Assembly: GCF_947501905.1 (NCBI RefSeq)
Contig: NZ_CANMXL010000004.1
Coordinates: forward strand, 144,777 to 208,776
Source: an uncultured Winogradskyella sp.
GTDB taxonomy: Bacteria; Bacteroidota; Bacteroidia; Flavobacteriales; Flavobacteriaceae
Direction of reading: 5' to 3'
Length of the DNA stretch: 64,000 nt
Numbering within the stretch: the stretch's first letter is position 1; each line of letters starts with the position of its first letter. The notes under the pieces are model-generated. The model had not been told where the DNA came from. It made no database searches and saw only the letters and a list, made by a program, of their open reading frames with translations. The position numbers and the translations under genes were made by a program. This document shows, piece by piece, positions 1 to 9,000 of this stretch.

Positions 1-1
1 C

Positions 2-706
2 ACACATCCAGTATGTTTAAGTGATAATCCAAAAGATAAAAGATTGCGAGTATCAATCTTAATCGAATGGGATAATTACAGTTACGTTGTTGACTGTGGG
101 CCAGATTTTAGACAGCAAATGCTTAGAGCAAACTGTACAAAATTAGATGGTATTATTTTTACTCATGAGCATGCGGATCATATTATGGGACTTGATGATA
201 TTAGGCCATTCTTTTTTAGACAAGGCGATATAGATATATATGCCCATAAACGCGTAATGGAAGCTTTGGAGCGCACATTCTCTTATATTTTTGAAACTGA
301 AAATAGATATCCTGGAGCGCCTAGTGTTAATGAAAATTATGTAGATGGTAACCCATTTACAGTTGGTGATTTGCAAATTGTGCCAATTGATGGATTACAT
401 AATAAGCTTCAAGTTTATGGTTATAGGTTTGATAAATTTGCCTATTTGACGGATATGAAAACCGTTGCAGATTCCGAAATTGAAAAGTTGCAAAATCTAG
501 AGATTTTAGTTATTAATGCTCTACGTGAAGAGCCTCATGAATCCCATTTTAACTTAGAAGAGGCCTTAGATTTTATAGACAAAGTAAAGCCAGGAAAAGC
601 TTATTTAACTCATATTAGCCATCTTTTAGGGTTCCATGATAATGTGCAACAAAAACTGCCAAAAAACGTTTATTTAGCTTACGATAACCTTCAAATAACT
701 ATTTAG
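2..706 (+). CDS. MBL-fold metallo-hydrolase (PhnP/beta-lactamase-like), 5'-partial
   Basis: It has the HxHxDH motif (THEHADH). The frame stays open upstream of the track's TTG at 44 back to base 2 (THPVCLSDNPKDKRL...), so the gene runs off the left edge. Confidence 0.8.
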   Translation, partial: THPVCLSDNPKDKRLRVSILIEWDNYSYVVDCGPDFRQQMLRANCTKLDGIIFTHEHADHIMGLDDIRPFFFRQGDIDIYAHKRVMEALERTFSYIFETENRYPGAPSVNENYVDGNPFTVGDLQIVPIDGLHNKLQVYGYRFDKFAYLTDMKTVADSEIEKLQNLEILVINALREEPHESHFNLEEALDFIDKVKPGKAYLTHISHLLGFHDNVQQKLPKNVYLAYDNLQITI

Positions 707-709
707 AAT

Positions 710-1213
710 ATGAAAAGCAGAATCTTTATGTACTTGTTTATCTTTTCAGTATTGCTGATAATATTTCAGTATGTGAATTCAAAAAGTATAATTGATGAAT
801 ATGAAAAAGATATAAAGACTTTTAAATCTAAGATTTCAAATTTTGAAGATGAACAAACCTTATTGAATGATAAGATTTTTGATTTATCAAATTTTAGCAT
901 CAACGGTAATGAAGAAGCCATTACATATTTTGAAGACCTAGGTATTAATACTGATGAGTTAATACTAAAACTTAAAGATGGTTTGTTAGAAATGAATGCA
1001 CATAAAGGTCTTGACCACCCGATAATTCCTTATGCATCAATGACAGAATCTAGAATAATCATTGACCAAATTAGGATTCTTAATCATAAATGGATACTTA
1101 CTAGTTTTACAGACGGCAAGCACTCTGGCGAGCTTTTTATCAATTATAGAGTGAATGATAAAGGAGAACTTGCTTATAAGTTAACGGATTATTTTCTATA
1201 CCCAATTAACTAA
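710..1213 (+). CDS. hypothetical protein with N-terminal membrane anchor or signal
   Basis: The 167-aa ORF has a hydrophobic N-terminus (IFMYLFIFSVLLIIF). It starts 4 nt after the previous stop. I recognised no family. Confidence 0.5.
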   Translation: MKSRIFMYLFIFSVLLIIFQYVNSKSIIDEYEKDIKTFKSKISNFEDEQTLLNDKIFDLSNFSINGNEEAITYFEDLGINTDELILKLKDGLLEMNAHKGLDHPIIPYASMTESRIIIDQIRILNHKWILTSFTDGKHSGELFINYRVNDKGELAYKLTDYFLYPIN

Positions 1214-1857
1214 ATACGGTCTTTTAACCAATCCTTAAATTCATAGAAGTTTTGTGGCGCAACACCGTGCCCAACAGGAAATTCGCTGTAGGTGTTTTTT
1301 ATGTCTAAACTATCTAAAAACGGTTTGCTACGGCGTGCCCAATCTACGGGAATAACTTGGTCCATACTTCCATGAGAGCAGTAGAAGTCAAGATGTTTGC
1401 AGCTTTCTTTTTGTAAGTCTTCAGGTAATATTGCTTCATTTATATATCCGCTTAACGCTACTATATTTTTTACTTTTTTAGGATAGGTAAGCGCTACAGA
1501 GTAACTTAAAATTGTACCTTGACTGAAGCCAAGTAATGTTACATTATCTGAATCCAGAGGATAAGTTGTACAGGCATAATCTATAAATCCTGATAAAATA
1601 TCTCTTGAAGATTTAGCTTGCTTATCATCACTCCATTTGCCTTGTACAGCATCAAAATTAATAGCATACCAGGCATTTCCATAAGGCTGCATTTGATATG
1701 GCGCTCTAACGGAAATAATGAATAATTCTTCAGGTAATTCAGAAGAAAAAGAAAATAAATCATTTTCGTCACTACCATAGCCATGGCACATAATTAATAA
1801 AGGTGCATTTTCTTTTAACGTCGAAGGACGTTTAATATAATGAAGAGGAGCTGACAT
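1210..1857 (-). CDS. phospholipase/carboxylesterase-family alpha/beta hydrolase
   Basis: It has a GFSQG nucleophile elbow and a C-terminal GHG histidine. I moved the start to the internal ATG (MSAPLHYIK...), because the longer ORF to 1902 would overlap the upstream gene's 3' end. Confidence 0.75.
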   Translation of the reverse strand: MSAPLHYIKRPSTLKENAPLLIMCHGYGSDENDLFSFSSELPEELFIISVRAPYQMQPYGNAWYAINFDAVQGKWSDDKQAKSSRDILSGFIDYACTTYPLDSDNVTLLGFSQGTILSYSVALTYPKKVKNIVALSGYINEAILPEDLQKESCKHLDFYCSHGSMDQVIPVDWARRSKPFLDSLDIKNTYSEFPVGHGVAPQNFYEFKDWLKDRI

Positions 1858-1861
1858 AAAA

Positions 1862-2191
1862 TTATTGTAAAGACTTAAAAATATTCTGGAATAAATCTCC
1901 AACTATAGGGAGCTTGTGAAGTTTCCCAGTTACAGCACCAATAATACCATACGCAAATAGCGCTAAAAAGAATATCCAAAACGAATAGCTAATCATCCAG
2001 CTATCAAATCCACTTACCATATAGGCTATGATAAAATAAATTAGCCAAAGCCCTAAGCCTTGTCTTACATGAAAAGCAGTAAAAGCATTTTTCTTATCCT
2101 GACTCATATAAAAGGCAATTAAAGTACCAATAATAGTGATGTAGGCTATTGTAGCAAACTTTTTGCCTTCTTGAATTGTTTCTTCAGTCAT
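1862..2191 (-). CDS. small integral membrane protein (about 3 TM helices)
   Basis: The 109-aa ORF has three hydrophobic segments and sits tightly between its neighbours. The family is uncertain (possibly DUF4870-like). Confidence 0.5.
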   Translation of the reverse strand: MTEETIQEGKKFATIAYITIIGTLIAFYMSQDKKNAFTAFHVRQGLGLWLIYFIIAYMVSGFDSWMISYSFWIFFLALFAYGIIGAVTGKLHKLPIVGDLFQNIFKSLQ

Positions 2192-2192
2192 T

Positions 2193-3446
2193 TTATGCTA
2201 TTACAATTTTGTTGTTAGAAATGATGCCATAAGCCCTCCCTTTTAATTCATAGCCTAAAAAGCAGCTATTCTTTGATGTAGAGTTTATATTCTTGTTCGA
2301 GAAACTATATGCAGTATCAGGGTCAAATAATGATAGATTCGCTTTTTGACCTTCAGAAATTTGTGCTTCTTCAACTCCAAATCTTGATTTTCCTTTAGTT
2401 AATATAGAAACTGTTTTCTTGGTTGTAAATATATTCTGAAGCGCTCCAAAAGCAGACTCTAAACCAATAGTACCGTATGTGGCATGGTCAAACTCAACTT
2501 TTTTGTGTTCAATATCAATAGGGTTGTGGTCAGTAGTGACCATATCAATAGTCCCATCTCGTAATCCTTCAACTAAAGCATCTGTATCTTTTTGTGTTCT
2601 CAGAGGTGGCATGACTTTAAAATTAGTGTCAAAATCCTGAAGAGTATTATCTGTAAAACACAAGTTATGTATAGCAACAGAGCAAGTGACGTCTAACTTT
2701 TTGGCTTTTGCTTCACGGATTAATTCTACCGATTTTGCCGTGCTAATGGTAGGTATATGTAATTTGCCTTCAGTGTATTCTAAAAGGAATAAATCTCTTG
2801 CAACTTGCAGTTCTTCCGCAAGTGAAGGATTTCCTTTTAGCCCAAGTTTTGTGCTATTTATATGCTCATTCATAACACCAAGTCCAGAAATTTTAGATTC
2901 TTGAGGATATGAAAGTACAAGACCATCAAAATTACTGGCGTATTGCAATGCTATTTTTAAAAGATTGGGATTGCTTATTGGCTTCTGGTAATCATAGAAT
3001 GCTACGGCTCCGGCATTTTGCATATCGTACAATTCGGCTAAATCTTTACAATCAGAGGCTTTGGTTAGTGCACCAATAGGTTTTAAATTAACAGCATGCT
3101 TATCAGCTTTTGCTAAGACAAATGCAATATCTGCATTACTGTCTATTACAGGATTTGTATTGGCATTAAGCGCAACAGAAGTGAATCCAGATCTAGCGGC
3201 TGTATCAAGACCATTAGCAATTGTTTCGCGCTCTTCAAAGCCTGGTTCACCAAAAGAAACAGAACTATCAAACCATCCTTGAGACACATGGAGGTTGTCA
3301 AATTTAATTTCTCGATAATTTTTGGGATTTGAAATGCGTTTGGAAATCTTACTAATAACGCCGTTCTCAATTAAAATATCAACAATCTGATTATGGAAAT
3401 CACTTTTAGAATCGACGATTGTAGCAGATTTTAGGAGTGCATTCAT
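2193..3446 (-). CDS. dihydroorotase-like amidohydrolase, metal ligands substituted (probably non-catalytic)
   Basis: It is collinear with class I DHOase (VS.G..D....F.EPG.E..ET, NT.P, MPPLR, TDH.P). However, the canonical DLHVHFREPG is DSSVSFGEPG here, and other His/Asp ligands are also replaced. Confidence 0.7.
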   Translation of the reverse strand: MNALLKSATIVDSKSDFHNQIVDILIENGVISKISKRISNPKNYREIKFDNLHVSQGWFDSSVSFGEPGFEERETIANGLDTAARSGFTSVALNANTNPVIDSNADIAFVLAKADKHAVNLKPIGALTKASDCKDLAELYDMQNAGAVAFYDYQKPISNPNLLKIALQYASNFDGLVLSYPQESKISGLGVMNEHINSTKLGLKGNPSLAEELQVARDLFLLEYTEGKLHIPTISTAKSVELIREAKAKKLDVTCSVAIHNLCFTDNTLQDFDTNFKVMPPLRTQKDTDALVEGLRDGTIDMVTTDHNPIDIEHKKVEFDHATYGTIGLESAFGALQNIFTTKKTVSILTKGKSRFGVEEAQISEGQKANLSLFDPDTAYSFSNKNINSTSKNSCFLGYELKGRAYGIISNNKIVIA

Positions 3447-5365
3447 TTAAGATATTTTAAAATTAGCATTTCTATTATTAAAAATACTAGGGCAAAAATA
3501 ACAAACCATTTCCATAGCGCATTAATACTAGAGTTACTTTTTATTGTTTCTATTGCAGAAACTAGTGCTGAATCTATTGAATAATCGCTATTTGTATTGA
3601 GTTTATTGTAGCTGAGATTACTCTCAGAGCGCATGTAATTAAAACTAAGTTTTAACAGTTGATTGTTGTCTTCTCTCACGTTCAAAATCCCAGCAAACTT
3701 AGGATATTCATCAGTAGTGATGCTTACTTTTTTGCTAAAAGTTTGTTGTAATGGTATTACTTTATCATTATCCTTTTCTAGACTTAGAATAGCATCTTGA
3801 GACAATTGTGTGTTGATATCTATAACATTTGTATTTCCAATAGTGTAGTATAGTTTTGGTAATTCTAGACTCTGTTTTCCAATATTGTATAGTATGGGAA
3901 CTATTAAAGGCGATTTTTTAAAATTACTATTATTACTATTTATAGCTGCTGTAAAAAGGTATGACTTACCACTATTGACTAGAAATACGCTGTTATCTTC
4001 ATAATTAAATACTGCATTAGAGTTGTTATTCAAACTATAAGATGTATTAACTTTTGGATACTGAAAATTGCTAACACGATTGTAAAATGCATCTCTGATT
4101 ATTGGATGGTCATAATTTATGTTTGTTACTCGCTTTTCTGAGTTATTTTCTTTAGAATAATTAGGAAGATTTAATGAATTAACTAATTGATTGTAAGCAT
4201 TTAAGTTAATTCCTTCTGAAGGAATTATTAAAATACTGCCGCCGTCAGATTTGAATGCTTTTAATGCAGTTATTAATGCATTTGAAATCGTATTTAATTC
4301 ATTTAAAATTATAAGATTTTGAGATTCAAGTTTGCTATAATCTAAAGATGTATATGAGAAGGGTTCATAGATAAATTCATCATCAGTATACAACTTTTTC
4401 AGAAAATCATCTGAAGCCTCATTAATACTTAACACCTTAATCTTTTCAGCTGAATTAACATTAAAATAAAAGTTGTTATCATACTGTAGGCTGGCATCTT
4501 CTATGGATATTTTGCCGTTAAATTCAGTATTTGTAGGGATTGTAAAAGTCGTTTTTGCTTCTTTTTCAATATCTAAAGCTGTTTTGGCAGAAAGCGTTTC
4601 GTTGTCAAATAGCGATACCGAAACATTTTTTATCGGACTTCCTTGATTAGAAAGGGTAGTGGTCAGTTCAATATTTTCTGTTGTATATTTTGAGATGTAT
4701 AAACTATCTATGCTAATATTATTACTATATACAGCTTTTGGTTGAACTAGCTTTAGAGTAACTGTACTATCTGTATCAAATGTTAATGGCTCATCTTTTT
4801 GTTGAAAATCAGATACTAAAATTAAATTTTTTACTGATGCTTTATCTTTAGAGAAATATTGTTTTCCCTTTAAATATGCAGATTTATAGGATAGCTGATT
4901 AGTAGAATGTTGTAATTTTATTAAGTCGTTTGCAATAGCTTTTACAGAAGTGTTTCTGTAGGTTTCATCGTTTGTATAGATTGTTATTTCATCCTCTTCA
5001 GTATAAGCTCTCAATACATCTTGGATAGCTTCATTAAGTAAGCTGCCATTATTTCCTTTGGCTTCCATACTAAAGGAGTTATCTAAATAAATTACCGTTT
5101 CATTTTTAGAATTAAAAGCATCAGACTTAGTGGTAAATGGCTGAGCAAAGGCAAAAACTAAACATGTAAGAAGCAAAAGTCTAGTTAACAAAGTCAACCA
5201 TTTTTTTATTTGTGAGCTTTTGCGAGTTTGTAGCTTTACATTTTTTAAAAATTTTACATTAGTAAAAGCAACTTTTTGAAAACGTCTTAATTGAAATAAA
5301 TGAATAATAATTGGAATAAGCAGTAAGAGTAGTGCCCATAGAAGTTCTGGATGTTTAAACTGCAT
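3443..5365 (-). CDS. BatA-domain (N-terminal double-transmembrane) protein
   Basis: The N-terminus MQFKHPELLWALLLLLIPIIIHLFQLRRFQKV.F is the characteristic BatA/two-anchor signature, and there is a C-terminal TM helix. Its stop overlaps the start of the downstream DHOase-like gene by 4 nt. Confidence 0.7.
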   Translation of the reverse strand: MQFKHPELLWALLLLLIPIIIHLFQLRRFQKVAFTNVKFLKNVKLQTRKSSQIKKWLTLLTRLLLLTCLVFAFAQPFTTKSDAFNSKNETVIYLDNSFSMEAKGNNGSLLNEAIQDVLRAYTEEDEITIYTNDETYRNTSVKAIANDLIKLQHSTNQLSYKSAYLKGKQYFSKDKASVKNLILVSDFQQKDEPLTFDTDSTVTLKLVQPKAVYSNNISIDSLYISKYTTENIELTTTLSNQGSPIKNVSVSLFDNETLSAKTALDIEKEAKTTFTIPTNTEFNGKISIEDASLQYDNNFYFNVNSAEKIKVLSINEASDDFLKKLYTDDEFIYEPFSYTSLDYSKLESQNLIILNELNTISNALITALKAFKSDGGSILIIPSEGINLNAYNQLVNSLNLPNYSKENNSEKRVTNINYDHPIIRDAFYNRVSNFQYPKVNTSYSLNNNSNAVFNYEDNSVFLVNSGKSYLFTAAINSNNSNFKKSPLIVPILYNIGKQSLELPKLYYTIGNTNVIDINTQLSQDAILSLEKDNDKVIPLQQTFSKKVSITTDEYPKFAGILNVREDNNQLLKLSFNYMRSESNLSYNKLNTNSDYSIDSALVSAIETIKSNSSINALWKWFVIFALVFLIIEMLILKYLK

Positions 5366-5457
5366 TCGCTTATGTTATCAATTAATAGTTAATTTCAAAT
5401 ATAGGCATTGATAGAAAATTACAAAGCTTCGGTTTTGAGAAATTTAACGTTTTGTGT

Positions 5458-6465
5458 TTAGCAGAAGAAAAAGTAATCAGTCATAGGTTTCATGTTTAGT
5501 TTCTGAAAATATTCTGTTATATGTTCCTGCTCAGTTTCATTGGCCACAGTTACAATAGTTTGCGGATTTTTTATGGTTGCTAAATCTTCGAAAGGTAGTA
5601 GTTTTTGTCCATAAATATCTTTTCCTATTTTTTTAGGGTTATCGCATATCCAATGAAACGAGATGTCTTGCTCGACCAATGACTTGGCTATAGCTTTTCC
5701 TTTAAAACCTGCACCCCAAATGGTAATTGGACGAGAATTGTCATAATCTAGCTTTAAGAAATAATGTAATTTAATCTCCAAAAAATAATTCTGTGCATAG
5801 TGTTCATGAGTCCGAGAAGTGCGTGTACTATAATCACGCCAATAATGTAAAAGCTGCTGACTTGGTATACATTTAAAACCATGCTCATAGAATCTAAAAG
5901 TTAAATCGTAATCTTCTGGGTATCTATTTGGGTTAAAAGCATCACAAGTTATTAAATCGTCTCGATGAAGCATCCAACAAGGCGAAGCAATAACACATTC
6001 TTTATAAATTTCTGAATAGTTTGTACCATCTTTAGTCAGCTTATTTAACCAAGCTTCATATTTAGCATAACCATCACTGATACCAACGTCGCTAAAATAT
6101 TTTACAAGACCTAGAGCAACATGCTTATTTCCATACTCTTGAAGTTGATTAACCATGACTTCTAGCTTGTTATCGCTCATAATATCATCACTATCCATTC
6201 GGGTGATATAATTACCCGAACTTTCTGAAAAAGCCATTTGAAGCGCAGATATTATACCTTCGCCAGGATTTTTAAATAGTTTTATACGACTGTCTTTTTT
6301 TGCAAACTTTTCAACAAGCTTATAGGAATTATCAGTAGAATGATCGTCTACAATGAGTAGCTCCCAATTGGTATGAGTTTGTTTTATAATAGAATCTAAA
6401 CATGCTTCGATATATACCGAAACATTCTTAAAAGGCGTTAATATGCTAACAAGAGGTTTTGTCAT
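5458..6465 (-). CDS. family 2 glycosyltransferase with a C-terminal extension
   Basis: The N-terminus is VSILTPFKN....I..C..S...Q....WELLIVDD.S.D, and a DSDD motif follows. These are typical of GT2. Confidence 0.75.
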   Translation of the reverse strand: MTKPLVSILTPFKNVSVYIEACLDSIIKQTHTNWELLIVDDHSTDNSYKLVEKFAKKDSRIKLFKNPGEGIISALQMAFSESSGNYITRMDSDDIMSDNKLEVMVNQLQEYGNKHVALGLVKYFSDVGISDGYAKYEAWLNKLTKDGTNYSEIYKECVIASPCWMLHRDDLITCDAFNPNRYPEDYDLTFRFYEHGFKCIPSQQLLHYWRDYSTRTSRTHEHYAQNYFLEIKLHYFLKLDYDNSRPITIWGAGFKGKAIAKSLVEQDISFHWICDNPKKIGKDIYGQKLLPFEDLATIKNPQTIVTVANETEQEHITEYFQKLNMKPMTDYFFFC

Positions 6466-6526
6466 TGCACGAATATAACAATCCTCATTTTAACATAAAC
6501 TTTACTAATTTATTTGTAACACGTAG

Positions 6527-6534
6527 TAGATTTG
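6527..6534 (+). promoter_or_regulatory. candidate Bacteroidota -7 promoter box (TAGATTTG)
   Basis: It matches the TAnnTTTG consensus and lies 29 nt upstream of the ATG at 6563. I found no convincing -33 element. Confidence 0.3.
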
Positions 6535-6562
6535 CTCGTCAAGTAAAAAAACAATTAATAAA

Positions 6563-8452
6563 ATGAAAAATTATATTTCAATTATTGCGCTTTCAGGACT
6601 ATTATTAGGTTGTGGGCCAACAAAACCAAAGGTTGATGATTCTGCAGCTAATAATCCTATTGTTACTGCATTAGATTTAATGAGCATTGATAATGATAGA
6701 GTTCCAGTAACTATTAATCCTGGTCGCTTTACTGTGGAGACAGTAACTTATCGTTTACCAAAAGTCGTACAAGGAACCTACTCAGTCGCAGATTATGGAC
6801 GTTATGTTGATGATTTTACTGCTTTGGATTACGACGGTAACACATTAAGTGTTGATAAAGTTGATACCAATACTTGGAGTATTTCTGATGCTACAAAGCT
6901 TGATAAAATCACGTATTTAGTAAATGATACTTTTGATACCGAAAAGCAAGGGGGTATTGGCGGTGAAGATATTTTTTCTCCTGCAGGAACAAATATTGAA
7001 CCCAATAACTATGTATTAAATCTCCATGGTTTTATTGGGTATTTTGATAATTTAAAAACCAACCAATATGCTTTGGATGTTACAGCTCCTGCAGACTTTG
7101 CAAGAACTTCTGCCTTAGAAGACAAAGGTTCTGAAGCTTCTGCTGATGGGAAGAGCATAACTAGTAAGTATTTTGCTCAGCGTTATTTTGACATTACAGA
7201 TAACCCAATGATGTATGGTAAGCTTGATGTAGAAGAGTTTATGGTTGGAGATATTAAAATTGTATTAAGTGTCTTCTCTCCAAATAAAACACACACAGCT
7301 GCAAGTTTAAAGCAAACTATGTTTGACATGATGCAAGGCCAAAAAGCATATTTAGGAGATGTTAATAGTACACCACGATATGATATTTATTTATACTTAT
7401 CTGATGGTTCTGAAACTGCGCCTAAAGGTTTTGGGGCTTTAGAGCATCACACGTCTACTGTAGTTGTTTTACCAGAGTCAATGCCAGAAGCAGCTTTAGC
7501 AAAATCAATGACTGATGTTGTAGCACACGAGTTTTTTCATATTGTAACTCCTTTATCAGTGCATTCTGAGGATGTACACTATTTTGATTACAATAACCCA
7601 ACGTTTTCTAAACATTTGTGGATGTATGAAGGTGTAACAGAATATTTTGCACAACACTTCCAAGTTTATAAAGGTTTAGTTAAACCTTCAGATTTTTATA
7701 ATGTTGTTAAAGGAAAAATAGATTTTTCAAAGCGTTATAATGATGCCCAGAGTTTTACAGTAATGAGCGAAAATGTACTGAAAGAAGGCTATAAAGAAAA
7801 CTACGTTAATGTATATCAAAAGGGTGCTTTAATAGGTATGTGTATTGATATTTTAATGCGTAGCGAGAGTAATGGTACGCGCAGCATGCTGTCATTAATG
7901 AAAGAGTTATCAGCTAAGTACGGAAAAAGTAAACCTTTTGTAGATGATAATTTGATTACTGAAATTACAGCAATGACATATCCTAGTGTTGGAGAATTCT
8001 TAAAGACTCATGTCGAAGGTGATGTGCCGATAAATTATGAAGATTTCTTTAAAATGGTTGGTTTAACTAATGGAGAAACAGAAGTTGAAACCAACTACAT
8101 ATTTGCAGGCGGTCAGAATATAATCTTTAGCGGTGCACCAGATAAAGGTATCTTTTTCACAGAAGTGGCATTAAACAATTCGTTTTGGAAATCTCAAGGT
8201 ATTCAAGCTAACGATGTTATTAAGACTGTAAATGGTAAAGAATTAACACTGCAGAATGCACAAGAAGTTATAGGTGGAATGGTGACATGGGGAGAAGGGC
8301 AAGACATAGAAATGGGCTTAGAACGTAATGGAGAACCAGTTACTGTAAAAGCTAAATTGACTAAAGCGTATGCTACAATAAGTGGTCTTAAGGAAGATGA
8401 TAACGCTACTCAAACACAAGTAGATTTAAGAAATGCTTGGCTAAAAGGATAA
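6563..8452 (+). CDS. M61-like zinc metallopeptidase lipoprotein with C-terminal PDZ domain
   Basis: It has a lipobox (LLLGC), an HEFFH zinc motif, a downstream EGVTEYF, and a PDZ-like C-terminus (GIQANDVIKTVNGKEL). Confidence 0.7.
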   Translation: MKNYISIIALSGLLLGCGPTKPKVDDSAANNPIVTALDLMSIDNDRVPVTINPGRFTVETVTYRLPKVVQGTYSVADYGRYVDDFTALDYDGNTLSVDKVDTNTWSISDATKLDKITYLVNDTFDTEKQGGIGGEDIFSPAGTNIEPNNYVLNLHGFIGYFDNLKTNQYALDVTAPADFARTSALEDKGSEASADGKSITSKYFAQRYFDITDNPMMYGKLDVEEFMVGDIKIVLSVFSPNKTHTAASLKQTMFDMMQGQKAYLGDVNSTPRYDIYLYLSDGSETAPKGFGALEHHTSTVVVLPESMPEAALAKSMTDVVAHEFFHIVTPLSVHSEDVHYFDYNNPTFSKHLWMYEGVTEYFAQHFQVYKGLVKPSDFYNVVKGKIDFSKRYNDAQSFTVMSENVLKEGYKENYVNVYQKGALIGMCIDILMRSESNGTRSMLSLMKELSAKYGKSKPFVDDNLITEITAMTYPSVGEFLKTHVEGDVPINYEDFFKMVGLTNGETEVETNYIFAGGQNIIFSGAPDKGIFFTEVALNNSFWKSQGIQANDVIKTVNGKELTLQNAQEVIGGMVTWGEGQDIEMGLERNGEPVTVKAKLTKAYATISGLKEDDNATQTQVDLRNAWLKG

Positions 8453-8472
8453 ATTATAAAGTTTTAGGTTTT

Positions 8473-8502
8473 AAAAAGGCTTTCATATTGGAAGCCTTTT
8501 TT
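8473..8502 (+). terminator. Rho-independent terminator after the M61 peptidase gene
   Basis: AAAAGGCTT-(9-nt loop)-AAGCCTTTT is followed by a T-run, 20 nt after the stop codon. Confidence 0.6.
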
Positions 8503-8509
8503 AATTTTT

Positions 8510-8582
8510 GTCATTTCGAGCAAATGCGAGAAATCACATAATAAAGTTTAAAGTAAAATGAGAGTGATGCTTTTTAAATGAC
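8510..8582. repeat. palindromic repeat module, left copy (arms 8510-8537 and 8564-8582)
   Basis: GTCATTTCGAGCAAATGCGAGAAATCAC faces a degenerate inverted arm, GTGATGCTTTTTAAATGAC. The termini GTCATTT/AAATGAC and ATCAC/GTGAT pair. Confidence 0.55.
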
Positions 8583-8881
8583 TAAACAATTTGATTGTTT
8601 AAAGATTCCCATTTAGGGTTAAATTTTGAAATCAAATTGTTCTTCTTTTCCCTTCTCCATTTCTTAATCTCTTTTTCTCTTCTAATAGCATCTTTAGGTG
8701 ATTCAAAACCTTCATAATAAACCAAATAAACACAATTGTATTTGCCAGCAAATGACTTTTTGACATTCCGACTATCGAAGTAATGCTGTTCTAATCGTCT
8801 TTGGATATTATTAGTTACACCAACATAAACTGTTGTTCTATATTGATTTGTAGTTATATATACAAATTGGTTGTGAAGCAT
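8582..8881 (-). CDS. GIY-YIG nuclease family protein (small, URI-domain only)
   Basis: The 99-aa protein carries the FVYITTN...TVYVGVTNN..RRL.QH.....Y.E......AI.REK.IK pattern, which covers the GIY-YIG, Arg and Glu motifs. Confidence 0.85.
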   Translation of the reverse strand: MLHNQFVYITTNQYRTTVYVGVTNNIQRRLEQHYFDSRNVKKSFAGKYNCVYLVYYEGFESPKDAIRREKEIKKWRREKKNNLISKFNPKWESLNNQIV

Positions 8882-8899
8882 AATAAGTTAAATTATCAG

Positions 8900-8994
8900 T
8901 CATTCGAAATAAGTGAAACGATTGAGAAATCACATCTTAGATTAATTAATGAATAAAGCCACTTGTGTGATGTCTCACTACGTTCGACATGACT
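8900..8994. repeat. palindromic repeat module, right copy (arms 8900-8934 and 8968-8994)
   Basis: GTCATTCGAAATAAGTGAAACGATTGAGAAATCAC faces GTGATGTCTCACTACGTTCGACATGAC. The reverse complement of the second arm, GTCATGTCGAACGTAGTGAGACATCAC, aligns with both plus-orientation arms. Confidence 0.6.
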
Positions 8995-9000
8995 AAAGTG

